The translations under genes and the position numbers were made by a program. Shown piece by piece: positions 41,208-50,577 of a DNA stretch of 64,000 nucleotides. Source of the DNA: Thermoproteota archaeon (lineage in GTDB: Archaea; Thermoproteota; Thermoprotei_A; Sulfolobales; Ignisphaeraceae); contig JAUQPB010000003.1 in NCBI GenBank assembly GCA_030550585.1, forward strand, positions 132,333 to 196,332, read 5' to 3'. The notes beneath the pieces are model-generated. The model searched no databases. It worked only from the letters and a program-made list of their open reading frames with translations, and was not told the DNA's origin. Within the stretch, counting starts at the first letter, position 1. Each line of letters begins with the position of its first letter.

Positions 41208-41227
41208 TTGTTAGAAATCTCTAACAA
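41208..41227. promoter_or_regulatory. 8-4-8 inverted repeat between the TATA box and start of cdc48
   Basis: TTGTTAGA-AATC-TCTAACAA; minus-strand AAAAACC-TTTTAT BRE/TATA immediately upstream at about 41230-41242. Confidence 0.55.
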
Positions 41228-41298
41228 GCATAAAAGGTTTTTGATAAAAATTAGAAAAAATGTTGGTGGAAAAATATTTTGACTCTTAGCTTTTGAAG

Positions 41299-44154
41299 TT
41301 ACTTGTTTTTAAGAGCAGCTTGGGCAGCAGCTAATCTGGCCACAGGGACTCTGAATGGAGATGCGCTGACATAGTCTAGTCCTGCTTTGTGTAGGAACAT
41401 TATCGAGGCTGGGTCGCCTCCGTGCTCTCCGCAAATTCCGATTTCTATCTTGGGGTTGCTTGCTCTTGCCATTTTAACAGCCATCTCAATTAACCTACCA
41501 ACGCCTTTCACATCCAAGGTTTCAAATGGGTTGGCTGGCAGTATCTTCTCCTGTAGGTATAGAGGTAGGAACTTGTTCTCCGCATCATCTCTACTGAAGC
41601 TGAACGTTGCTTGCGTGAGGTCGTTTGTACCGAAGCTTATGAAGTCTATCTCTTTTGCTATCTCATCCATTACTAGACATGCTCTAACTGTCTCGACCAT
41701 AGTGCCTATCTTAACATCTAGCTCAACGCCATATCTCTTCTTAACATCTTCTAGTGCAGGCAGTATAGCCTTCTGTTTAACATATCTGATCTCATTTACG
41801 TCTGCTACCTGAGGTATCATTATCTCCACTATTGGTTTGTAACCCTCCTTCTTAAGTTCAGCAGCCGCCTCCAATATGGCTGTTGCAAGGTAGTAGTAGA
41901 ACTCTGGGTATGACACACCTACTCTTACACCTCTGTGGCCCAACATTGGGTTAGCTTCTTGCAGTATCGAAACCCTCTTGTATAGCCACTCCTTCTCCTT
42001 GATTACATCCTCTGGAGCGTTCTTCATCTTAAGTTCATAGATTTCTCTTAGAACCTCCTCAGGCTTTGGCAAGAATTCGTGGAGTGGTGGATCAATTAGT
42101 CTGACAATCACAGGCTTTCCATTCATTATCTTGAAGATTTCCTTGAAGTCCTGCTTAATCATTTCGGCCAAAGGCTTTAGATGCTTGACCCTCTCCTCAG
42201 TGTTCTCAGCTAATATAACCTTCCTGAGCAACTCCAACCTCTCTGGCTTTCTAAACATCCTCTCTATTCGCAGTAAACCAATACCTTCAGCACCAAACTT
42301 CAAAGCTATTTCTGCATCTGTTGGAACATCAGCATTGGCTCTCACACCAAGCTTCCTGATTTTATCAGCCCATTCAAGTAGCTCGGCAAGTTCTGGTATA
42401 AGCCCTGCTTCAACTGTTGGGACAACACCTAGATACACATTACCTGAGTTGCCATCGATTGTAATCCAGTCACCTTCCCTTACAACAATGTTGCCAACTC
42501 TAAAGTACTTCTCTTCCTCGTGAACCTCCAGAGCCTCTGCCCCAACAACAGCTGTCTTACCTATTGCTCTTGCTACAACTGCAGCATGGCTTGTCATACC
42601 ACCTCTGCTCGTCAATATTCCAACTGCTGCATAGAATCCGTGAACATCGTCAGGCTTTGTCTCTGTTCTTACAAGTATAACCTTCTTACCCTCCTTAGCC
42701 CATCTAACTGCATCATCAGGGTGGAAAACTGCCTGTCCACTTACAGCACCTGGGGATGCTGGAAGCCCTTTCGCTATCGGGGTTGCCTTCGCCTTGGGAT
42801 CTATTCTTGGATAGAGCAATTGAATAACATGCTCTGGGCTTACCTTAAGTATCGCCTCTTCTTTTGTCAATATACCCTCTTTGACCATGTCAACAACTGT
42901 TTTAACTCTTGCCAGCGGAGTCATCTTTGCATCTCTGCATTGCAAGAAGTATAGCTTGCCTCTTTCAACTGTAAACTCTATGTCTTGAACATCCTTGTTC
43001 ACCTTCTCTAGTAGTTTGGCAGCGTTATAGAGATCCTCATATAGCTTTGGATTAATTCTCTTTAACTCTGATACGGGATATGGTGTTCTTATACCTGCTA
43101 CAACATCTTCTCCTTGAGCATTTGGCAAGAACTCACCATATAAGACATTCTCTCCCGTAGCAACATCTCTACTGAATACAACACCTGTCCCACTATCCCA
43201 GCCCATGTTGCCGAATACCATTGTGACTACATTAACAGCTGTACAGTGTGCTATGTCTGGCGTTATCTTGTTCATTATCCTGTAGAATATTGCTCTTGGA
43301 TTCATCCACGATCTGAACACAGCCTTTATAGCTAGTTCCAGTTGCTTCCATGGATCTTGTGGAAACTCACCCCAATTCTTCCTAACGACTTCTTTATATC
43401 TTTCAACAAGTTCCTTCATGTACTCAACAGATCTCTGCCACATCCTTGGCGCTATATCTCTAGGTGGTTGTGCATCTAGTCTAGGTGTGTAAACAGGTAT
43501 TCTTTCTTTAATTTTCTGAAGCTCGTCACCAAACTTCTCCTCTACCTCCTTCTTGTACTTTTCATTGAGTTCATCAAATACAGCGTTGAACAGCTTTTCA
43601 TCGATTCCTAGCACTATCTTTCCGAACATGTTGATGAATCTTCTATAAGCATCATATGCAAACCACTCGTTATCAGCAAGTTTTGCTAGCCCCACAACCA
43701 CTTGATCATTTAGACCGAGGTTAAGGACTGTATCCATCATTCCAGGCATTGAAATTGGTGCACCGCTTCTCACTGATACAAGTAGTGGATTGTTGGGATC
43801 TCCAAACTTCTTACCTGTTTTCTTCTCAAGAATTCTTACATGCTCTACAACCTGATCCCATAGCCCTGGTGGCAACTGTAAAGAGTCTATAATGCTCCAA
43901 ACTTTTTCTATCAACTTGTCTCTAACTTCTGGTGGAGGATTCTTTGCAAGCTCAGCCTCTAGCGCATCTATCTCAGCTTTTCTAGGTGCATAGAAATCCA
44001 CACATGTATCGGTAGTTATTATGAATCCTGGTGGTACTGGAAGACCGAGCTTTGACATTTGTATTAAGCTTACTCCTTTACCACCAAATAGCTTCTTGTT
44101 CTTCTCATCTGCTTCCTCAAATTGATACACATACTTCTTTGCAGTTATAGGCAT
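41299..44154 (-). CDS. ppdK: Pyruvate, phosphate dikinase
   Basis: GGKG, SVRSGA..SMPGMMDT, GEDVVAG, GGMTSHAAVVAR (phospho-His), SFGTNDL, GICGEHGG. Confidence 0.97.
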   Translation of the reverse strand: MPITAKKYVYQFEEADEKNKKLFGGKGVSLIQMSKLGLPVPPGFIITTDTCVDFYAPRKAEIDALEAELAKNPPPEVRDKLIEKVWSIIDSLQLPPGLWDQVVEHVRILEKKTGKKFGDPNNPLLVSVRSGAPISMPGMMDTVLNLGLNDQVVVGLAKLADNEWFAYDAYRRFINMFGKIVLGIDEKLFNAVFDELNEKYKKEVEEKFGDELQKIKERIPVYTPRLDAQPPRDIAPRMWQRSVEYMKELVERYKEVVRKNWGEFPQDPWKQLELAIKAVFRSWMNPRAIFYRIMNKITPDIAHCTAVNVVTMVFGNMGWDSGTGVVFSRDVATGENVLYGEFLPNAQGEDVVAGIRTPYPVSELKRINPKLYEDLYNAAKLLEKVNKDVQDIEFTVERGKLYFLQCRDAKMTPLARVKTVVDMVKEGILTKEEAILKVSPEHVIQLLYPRIDPKAKATPIAKGLPASPGAVSGQAVFHPDDAVRWAKEGKKVILVRTETKPDDVHGFYAAVGILTSRGGMTSHAAVVARAIGKTAVVGAEALEVHEEEKYFRVGNIVVREGDWITIDGNSGNVYLGVVPTVEAGLIPELAELLEWADKIRKLGVRANADVPTDAEIALKFGAEGIGLLRIERMFRKPERLELLRKVILAENTEERVKHLKPLAEMIKQDFKEIFKIMNGKPVIVRLIDPPLHEFLPKPEEVLREIYELKMKNAPEDVIKEKEWLYKRVSILQEANPMLGHRGVRVGVSYPEFYYYLATAILEAAAELKKEGYKPIVEIMIPQVADVNEIRYVKQKAILPALEDVKKRYGVELDVKIGTMVETVRACLVMDEIAKEIDFISFGTNDLTQATFSFSRDDAENKFLPLYLQEKILPANPFETLDVKGVGRLIEMAVKMARASNPKIEIGICGEHGGDPASIMFLHKAGLDYVSASPFRVPVARLAAAQAALKNK

Positions 44155-44292
44155 GCTAAAAGCACCTTTGATATTGCTCTCATGATCAGACTAAGATTAT
44201 ATGAATTGGTTTATAAATGCTACTCACTATAACTGTGTAAAGAATAATTAGACAAGCTAGAATATACTGTGATAAAAAATAATGTGTGACTT

Positions 44293-45048
44293 GTGCAGGA
44301 GGTGTATAACTTGGGCAACTTCGTCGGAAAAAACGCATCTGTAGACAGAACATCAAAAATAGGCAATGAAGCAACAATATACGGTCCTACAAGAATAGGT
44401 GCAAACACGTTTATCGACGATAAAGTCGTTGTTGGTTATCCATCGAAAAGAAAAATTATTGAGATGATGGAGAAACATATGGGCAAGGAGATTAACCATG
44501 TCTTTGATGAGTTGAGCGAGGGTAGCATAATTGGAAACCATTGTATTGTTAGACGTGGCACTATAATATATGAGAGAGTTGTGATAGACGATAACTGTGA
44601 AACTGGCCACTACGTTCTCTTGAGAGAGGATACAAGGATAGGTAAAAGGTGTAAGATAGGCTCGTATACAATAATAGATGGCTTTGTCACCATAGGAGAC
44701 GATACAGTTATACAGTCAAATGTGTACATACCGCCAAAAGTGACAATAGGATCCCACGTTTTCATTGCACCTAGGGTTGTGTTCACAAATGATAGATACC
44801 CGCCAAGCAACAGACTGATAGAAACCGTTATAGAGGATGATGTTGTCATAGGAGCTAATAGCACCATAGTCGCAGGTATTAGAATTGGAAAAGGAGCTGT
44901 AATAGCAGCAGGCTCAATAGTTACTAGAAGCATTGAGCCTTATACCGTAGTTGCTGGAGCTCCTGCAAAACCCATAATGAAAAGGGATGAATATGATACA
45001 AAGAAAAAGGATTATGAGAATGCTCTGAATAGGTTTCCTTGGAGATAG
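44293..45048 (+). CDS. Hexapeptide-repeat (left-handed beta-helix) acyltransferase
   Basis: Repeated [IV]GxxxxI hexapeptides, FTNDRYP, VAGAPAK. Confidence 0.88.
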   Translation: MQEVYNLGNFVGKNASVDRTSKIGNEATIYGPTRIGANTFIDDKVVVGYPSKRKIIEMMEKHMGKEINHVFDELSEGSIIGNHCIVRRGTIIYERVVIDDNCETGHYVLLREDTRIGKRCKIGSYTIIDGFVTIGDDTVIQSNVYIPPKVTIGSHVFIAPRVVFTNDRYPPSNRLIETVIEDDVVIGANSTIVAGIRIGKGAVIAAGSIVTRSIEPYTVVAGAPAKPIMKRDEYDTKKKDYENALNRFPWR

Positions 45049-45153
45049 TCAATTCATTTAATGCTGCACACCTTTATAACCCAAATTAATACTGTAATCT
45101 ACTAGCAGTGCAGAATAACTAGTCTATTGTGTTTAGTTGTATTGGGTTTGAAC

Positions 45154-47973
45154 ATGGGAAAAAACAGATCATTGTTAGAATTCATGTCGAAAAGACCGCC
45201 CACAGAACAATCTACATCAACAAACAAAGATTCTAATCGATCGCTTGAAGCAGATGATCACATCAAAGATACTTTTACAACTACATTTACAACTGTGCAT
45301 GAGGATACTAATTTCTCTAAAATAAACACTAATACTATGAGCGAATATCAGAGGGTTCTAGAATCGTCTAATATTAACATTATAGTTCAGAAAAACTTAG
45401 ATACAAATGAACCTATCATAAAATCATTCTTTAAAAAGCGCAATGTGGTAGACTCTATTTCCTCCGCATATCTTCTTCATGTTGACTATGATGGAGATGC
45501 TAAGAAAGCTGTTTTAATCTTCTATGATCCAGAATCTAATAGACTATTATTTCTTTATGACAAGACAGGGCATAAACCATATTTTCTAACTGATATAAGC
45601 ATAGACAAGTTCAATGATAGGAATGATCCTGTAATTAAAAGAATTGTTTCCCATCCATCGTTTGACCATGTTGAAGTTGTTGAAAAAATCGACTTACTTT
45701 ACAATGTGAAGAGGGTGTTAACCAAAATTGTTGTGAAAGACCCCCTAGCAGTGAGAAGTCTTAGAGAAAAAGTTGCTAAGGCTTGGGAAGCTGATATAAG
45801 ATACCACATTAACTATATATACGACAATCTGCTTATACCTGGCCTTCCATATTCTGTAAATGCAGGTGAATTCAAAGATATTAGCAATATTGATGAGACT
45901 TCCTTAGTTGATAACATTAAGAAAAGCCTTGGTGTAGAAGATAAAGAATTAATTGATGTAGCCGTGCATCTCACTAAACTATTCGAAGCTAAATGGTTCT
46001 CGCCTAAGAGGTTGGCTATCGATATAGAGGTTTATACACCCTTTGAAGGGAGAGTACCTTCTCCTGAAACAGCTGAATATCCAATAATTTCCATAGCAAT
46101 GGCATCAAATGATGGACTTAAGAAGGTTTTAGTACTTTATAGAGAGAACCTCAAGGTTGTTACAGATATACCAAAGGATGTTGAGGTGGAGATATATGAT
46201 AGTGAAAGAAACATGATTTTAGACTTCATTAATCTATTGCAAGATTATCCAATAATACTAACATTTAACGGAGACAACTTCGATTTTAGATACTTGCTAT
46301 CCAGAGCCATTAAACTCGATATCGATGCCAAATTATTGGGCATAGAAATAAAGAAGGTTGTTAAAGGAAATAAAATAGAGTTTGAGGCAAAACTTAGAAA
46401 CTCGCTACATATTGATTTATACAAGTTCTTTAGCAACAAGGCCATCCAAACATATGCATTTGAAGCACGCTACAAAGAGGCTAACTTAGATACTGTAGCC
46501 CAAGCACTATTAGGCATCGGAAAAGTGCAACTCGATGAAGATCTAAGTAAAGTAAGCCTCGGTGATTTAGTTAGATACAACTTTAGAGACGCCCAAATAA
46601 CATTAGAGCTAACTACATTTTCAAATGAGCTCGTATGGAAGCTCATATTACTGCTAATGCGTATAAGTAAACTTGGATTAGAAGATTTGACACGTTCAAC
46701 GGTATCGATATGGATCAAGAACATGTTTTATTGGGAGCATAGAAGAAGAGGCTATTTGATTCCAAGAAAAGACGATATATTGAGGCTAAAAAGCAAGAAG
46801 GTAACAGAAGCAATAATTAAGGGGAAGAAATATGCTGGAGCCATTGTTATGGAACCGCCACAAGGAATATTCTTCAACGTTGTTGTACTAGATTTTGCTT
46901 CTCTATACCCCTCGATCATGAAGAGATGGAACTTAAGCTACGAAACCGTAGACCCAGATGCAAACACATGCCAAAAGATAGGTAATGTTTTAGATGAAAA
47001 TGGCAGGGTTATACACCAAGTATGTCTCGATAAACCAGGGATAACCGCTACAATTGTTGGTATGCTTCGAGACTTTAGGGTCAAAGTATACAAAAAGAAG
47101 GCTAAAGATAAAAACCTCGATGACACTACTAGAAGCTGGTATGACGTTGTGCAAAGAGCTATGAAGGTGTTTATTAATGCGGCCTATGGTGTTTTTGGAG
47201 CAGAGAACTTCTCATTCTATGCTCCATCGGTTGCAGAAAGTGTGACTGCAACTGGGAGAAGGGTTATCATGGCTACAAAAGACAGAGCCTTGGAACTAGG
47301 ACTCGTAGTTCTATATGGTGATACAGACTCGCTGTTTATATGGAATCCAGATGAGTCTAAGCTAAATGAGCTTAAAAAATGGGTTGAGGAAACATTTGGC
47401 CTTGAATTAGAAACAGATAAAATCTACAAATTTGTTGCCTTCCCAGCCTTAAAGAAAAACTATGTGGGAGTATTATCATCAGGTGAAATAGATGTCAAAG
47501 GAATGGTTGGCAAAAAGAGAAACACTCCTGATTTCATAAAACAGCTGTTTTCCTATATTCTCAAACAGCTATCAACAATAGAAGAGCCTGAAGACGCCTT
47601 TAAAGTAATAAATGAGATAAGAGATGAACTTGAGAAGTACTATATATTGTTAAAGTACAAGCTCCTCACATTAGATGAAATAGCATTTCAAACAACACTA
47701 TCTAAACCACTCTCCGAATACAAGAAGAATACCCCACAACATGTAAAGGCTGCTTTAATGCTTCAAAGATATGGAATGCAAATATCCCCTGGCGATGTTA
47801 TAACATACATTAAGACTAAGTCTAAGGAGGGTGTAAAACCAGTACAACTAGCAAAGGTAACGGAACTCGATGTGCAGAAGTATATCGAGACAATGAAGAC
47901 CTCTTTAGAACAGCTATTCACAGCCCTAAATATATCGTGGGAAGACATAGTTGGAGGAGGCAAAATAAGCTAA
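45154..47973 (+). CDS. polB1: Family B DNA polymerase B1 (crenarchaeal replicase)
   Basis: DIEV, FNGDNFD, DFASLYPS, K..NAAYG, YGDTDS, KKNY; start set to the ATG at 45154. Confidence 0.96.
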   Translation: MGKNRSLLEFMSKRPPTEQSTSTNKDSNRSLEADDHIKDTFTTTFTTVHEDTNFSKINTNTMSEYQRVLESSNINIIVQKNLDTNEPIIKSFFKKRNVVDSISSAYLLHVDYDGDAKKAVLIFYDPESNRLLFLYDKTGHKPYFLTDISIDKFNDRNDPVIKRIVSHPSFDHVEVVEKIDLLYNVKRVLTKIVVKDPLAVRSLREKVAKAWEADIRYHINYIYDNLLIPGLPYSVNAGEFKDISNIDETSLVDNIKKSLGVEDKELIDVAVHLTKLFEAKWFSPKRLAIDIEVYTPFEGRVPSPETAEYPIISIAMASNDGLKKVLVLYRENLKVVTDIPKDVEVEIYDSERNMILDFINLLQDYPIILTFNGDNFDFRYLLSRAIKLDIDAKLLGIEIKKVVKGNKIEFEAKLRNSLHIDLYKFFSNKAIQTYAFEARYKEANLDTVAQALLGIGKVQLDEDLSKVSLGDLVRYNFRDAQITLELTTFSNELVWKLILLLMRISKLGLEDLTRSTVSIWIKNMFYWEHRRRGYLIPRKDDILRLKSKKVTEAIIKGKKYAGAIVMEPPQGIFFNVVVLDFASLYPSIMKRWNLSYETVDPDANTCQKIGNVLDENGRVIHQVCLDKPGITATIVGMLRDFRVKVYKKKAKDKNLDDTTRSWYDVVQRAMKVFINAAYGVFGAENFSFYAPSVAESVTATGRRVIMATKDRALELGLVVLYGDTDSLFIWNPDESKLNELKKWVEETFGLELETDKIYKFVAFPALKKNYVGVLSSGEIDVKGMVGKKRNTPDFIKQLFSYILKQLSTIEEPEDAFKVINEIRDELEKYYILLKYKLLTLDEIAFQTTLSKPLSEYKKNTPQHVKAALMLQRYGMQISPGDVITYIKTKSKEGVKPVQLAKVTELDVQKYIETMKTSLEQLFTALNISWEDIVGGGKIS

Positions 47974-48014
47974 ACTGATGATTTGACCTAGGATATGCTT
48001 GCTTCGACCCATAG

Positions 48015-48077
48015 TTTTGCTCAGCTGTGGGCCCTCATCATTAATCAGCGCTTTTAACCTTCATCATATTCGCAAAA
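48015..48077 (-). ncRNA. Box C/D methylation-guide sRNA (predicted target tRNA-Lys(UUU) U34)
   Basis: Minus strand: C ATGATGA (48067-48061), guide AGGTTAAAAGCG, D' CTGA, C' ATGATGA, guide GGGCCCACAG, D CTGA (48024-48021); 6-bp terminal stem TTTTGC/GCAAAA. Confidence 0.9.
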
Positions 48078-48133
48078 GCCGTACTACTTTTATTATATCT
48101 CGTATTGAAACAAAAATTTTTGGGAAAATCAAT

Positions 48134-48379
48134 ATGGGTTTAGAGGAGCTAATTGGAGTATTCAACCATTTTGCACTGTTAATCAACGGCAGTAGCACTA
48201 TTGCAAAGGTGTTTGCATGGATCGGTATAATACTAATTTCAATAGTAGCTGTGTATTATCTTGTGATAGGGATAGTAAAGTTGGCAAAAGCTTTTTGGAG
48301 AATGCATGTGAGATACCTTGGTTTAGTTGTGTTGATGCTAGGAATAGTGTTCATAGCCATCTCATTGATCTTGCCTTAA
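48134..48379 (+). CDS. Small membrane protein (81 aa, 2 TM)
   Basis: Two hydrophobic helices; start moved to the ATG at 48134 because the upstream part overlaps the C/D sRNA. Confidence 0.6.
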   Translation: MGLEELIGVFNHFALLINGSSTIAKVFAWIGIILISIVAVYYLVIGIVKLAKAFWRMHVRYLGLVVLMLGIVFIAISLILP

Positions 48380-48442
48380 ATTATATAAATTTTTTAAACT
48401 GGAGTTCATCGTTTTCTGAATGACTTAGAGAGGTAATGAATA

Positions 48443-48871
48443 GTGAAAGTACTGGTTCTAAGAGCTGAATTGGGTGAAATAAAGGAGAAGAATATAGTTG
48501 AAGGAGAATTTAGCAATGTTTTAAAGGATGTTGTAATAAAGGCTTTGACTATTTGGGAGCCGCAGAAATCCGACTTGATAGTGATGAAGCACAAACACGA
48601 AATAAGCATTAAGCTACCCATAAAGAAAGAGCAGTATGATCTCTATTCACAACTCAATCTTAGAAGAAAAGGTGATGTTGCAACTGTAGAGGTAACTGTT
48701 TATCTTGTGAGCTTTGAGAATCAATGGATAGATGATAATATAATTGATTCAAAAGTGTTTATTGTTGCGCCATACATAGATGAATTCATTTCAGAGAAAA
48801 TAGAAGAGTTGGCAAGAGGAATAACATCACCTGAACATGGAGAAGAGGAAGAAGAAATTGAAGAAGAGTAG
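48443..48871 (+). CDS. DUF2286-like conserved crenarchaeal protein
   Basis: WEPQKSDLIV, VYLVSFENQW, KVFIVAPY, acidic tail. Confidence 0.7.
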   Translation: MKVLVLRAELGEIKEKNIVEGEFSNVLKDVVIKALTIWEPQKSDLIVMKHKHEISIKLPIKKEQYDLYSQLNLRRKGDVATVEVTVYLVSFENQWIDDNIIDSKVFIVAPYIDEFISEKIEELARGITSPEHGEEEEEIEEE

Positions 48872-48878
48872 TATTAAG

Positions 48879-49190
48879 TTATTGTGCGAGACCCAATGCA
48901 TTTAGTATGTCTTTTCTCGCCTTCTCTAGATCAACATCTAAGGTCTTTTCATTTATTGGCAATCTCGTTAGAATAGGCTTTATTTCCCCATTCAATTCTG
49001 CAAACAGCTGTGGAAGCCAAGCCATTCCAAATTCGTCTTTCTCACCATATGTATTTACAAACACATAATCCTCTTCAATTATATCTAGAGGTACCTTTAA
49101 TTGTTCTGCTATCTGTTTTGCCAAAGTCTCAAAGTACTTGTGTTGTGGAAGATGTTTTGCAGTTACTAGTATCAGTCTTTTAACATTCAT
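48879..49190 (-). CDS. Conserved hypothetical protein, possible thioredoxin-like fold lacking CxxC
   Basis: LVTAKHLPQH, EEDY..YGEKDEFGMAWLPQLF. Confidence 0.65.
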   Translation of the reverse strand: MNVKRLILVTAKHLPQHKYFETLAKQIAEQLKVPLDIIEEDYVFVNTYGEKDEFGMAWLPQLFAELNGEIKPILTRLPINEKTLDVDLEKARKDILNALGLAQ

Positions 49191-49242
49191 TTTGATTACC
49201 TAGTATCTAGACTATACGAAAGGTATTTAAATTGTTATGAAT

Positions 49243-50397
49243 CTATTTTCTAAGAACTATTTCAACTACATCTTTATCATGTAGAATATGATCCAGACCC
49301 ACCCTCTGCCCAGGATACTTTACAGAAGTGCCCCAGACCCTAGCATAAGCAAACTTTTTCACAAAATCTTTGTGAATAGCTTTCGCTACATCAAGTACTG
49401 TAGCACCCTTTCTTAGCACTAGGGGTTTAGATGATGGCTCTCCATTGGGAGGCTTAGTGTATATTCTTATGATGTCGACTAACCTAAATATTTCATCTCC
49501 TATAACATCTTTTTTAAATCCCCTCACCGCCGAAACTGCTATGACAGGCAATTTTAATTCTTTTAAGAGGTCGCTACACAAGTTGTTTGCATCATTTACA
49601 AGATCTATTTTATTTAGCAAAACCAGAGCTGGTTTATAGACTACCCTCTCAAAAATTGCTTTTTCAACATCATCTAGATCTGCTTCACCATATATTCTGA
49701 CCATTGCATTATATATTCTATAGCTATTGAGAAGTTTGACCACATCCTCTTCTGTACCTAAAAACCTGCCGTAATTAACTATTCTTATCCCGCCAGCGTG
49801 ACTCTTTTCAATCTCTACAAACCCCCTAGGTTTTTCAATACTAATCCCATTATCGTTCAAAAATTCGACTATGTGTTTAAAATCACTTTTACAATCTCTT
49901 GAAGCGTCTAACACTATTATTATACCATCACTATTCTTAGCCAGACCAACAACTTTTGTGTTCCATCCTCCTCCTTCTGGTATTATTGATGGTGCTTCGA
50001 CTATCTGAAATTGTATATCTTCATATTGCATCATGCCGACAACAGGAAACTTAGTAGTGTATGGAATGTCTGAGACCTCGGCTTTTGCCCCTGTTAAAAA
50101 CCTTAGTAAAGCACTCTTACCAGATTTTGTGAAGCCTAGTAAAACTAGTTGGGCTGCCCCTTCTTTTTCAACAAAGAAAGAAAGACCACCTCCTGACTTC
50201 TTCTGCTTTTTTTCTTCGATCTCTTCTCTAAGCTCAGCCATTCTTTTTCTAATCCAGCGCACAAGATTCTCTGTACCCTTATGTTTTGGAACTGCAGAGA
50301 GAAACTCTTCTAGTGCACGAAGCTTCTCCTCGGGCGTTCTAGCCTCCATATATTTTGCAAACTTTGCTTTAGCTTCAGCAGGCAGGTTTGTAACCAT
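49243..50397 (-). CDS. DRG-family (OBG class) GTPase with TGS domain
   Basis: PKHKGTE, GFTKSGKS, PYTT, NKID, IRIYTKP, RVGLDH.L.DKDVV. Confidence 0.93.
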   Translation of the reverse strand: MVTNLPAEAKAKFAKYMEARTPEEKLRALEEFLSAVPKHKGTENLVRWIRKRMAELREEIEEKKQKKSGGGLSFFVEKEGAAQLVLLGFTKSGKSALLRFLTGAKAEVSDIPYTTKFPVVGMMQYEDIQFQIVEAPSIIPEGGGWNTKVVGLAKNSDGIIIVLDASRDCKSDFKHIVEFLNDNGISIEKPRGFVEIEKSHAGGIRIVNYGRFLGTEEDVVKLLNSYRIYNAMVRIYGEADLDDVEKAIFERVVYKPALVLLNKIDLVNDANNLCSDLLKELKLPVIAVSAVRGFKKDVIGDEIFRLVDIIRIYTKPPNGEPSSKPLVLRKGATVLDVAKAIHKDFVKKFAYARVWGTSVKYPGQRVGLDHILHDKDVVEIVLRK

Positions 50398-50504
50398 ATT
50401 CTCTCAGACCTAACAAAAAGCGTATAGCACTAGCAACTCTCTTTAACTACTAATATATTATTTGGTATAAAAATTAATTAATTGTTGCATATTAATTAGC
50501 TATA

Positions 50505-50575
50505 GTGCTGTGACGTGATGAAGCCGAAGGCGCTGCTGAAATAAGGTTGATGAAGAACCCTTTGCTGAACAGCAT
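50505..50575 (+). ncRNA. Box C/D methylation-guide sRNA
   Basis: C GTGATGA (50515-50521), guide AGCCGAAGGCGCTG, D' CTGA, C' TTGATGA, guide AGAACCCTTTG, D CTGA (50565-50568); terminal stem GTGCTGT/ACAGCAT; AT-rich region upstream. Confidence 0.9.
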
Positions 50576-50577
50576 TG

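Noticed and set aside
47975-47981. CTGATGA C-box-like heptamer right after the polB1 stop on the + strand
   Set aside because: No correctly spaced D' or D box follows.
47999-48133. N-terminal 45 codons of ORF 47999..48379
   Set aside because: This segment overlaps a well-formed C/D sRNA on the opposite strand; the ATG at 48134 is the more plausible start.
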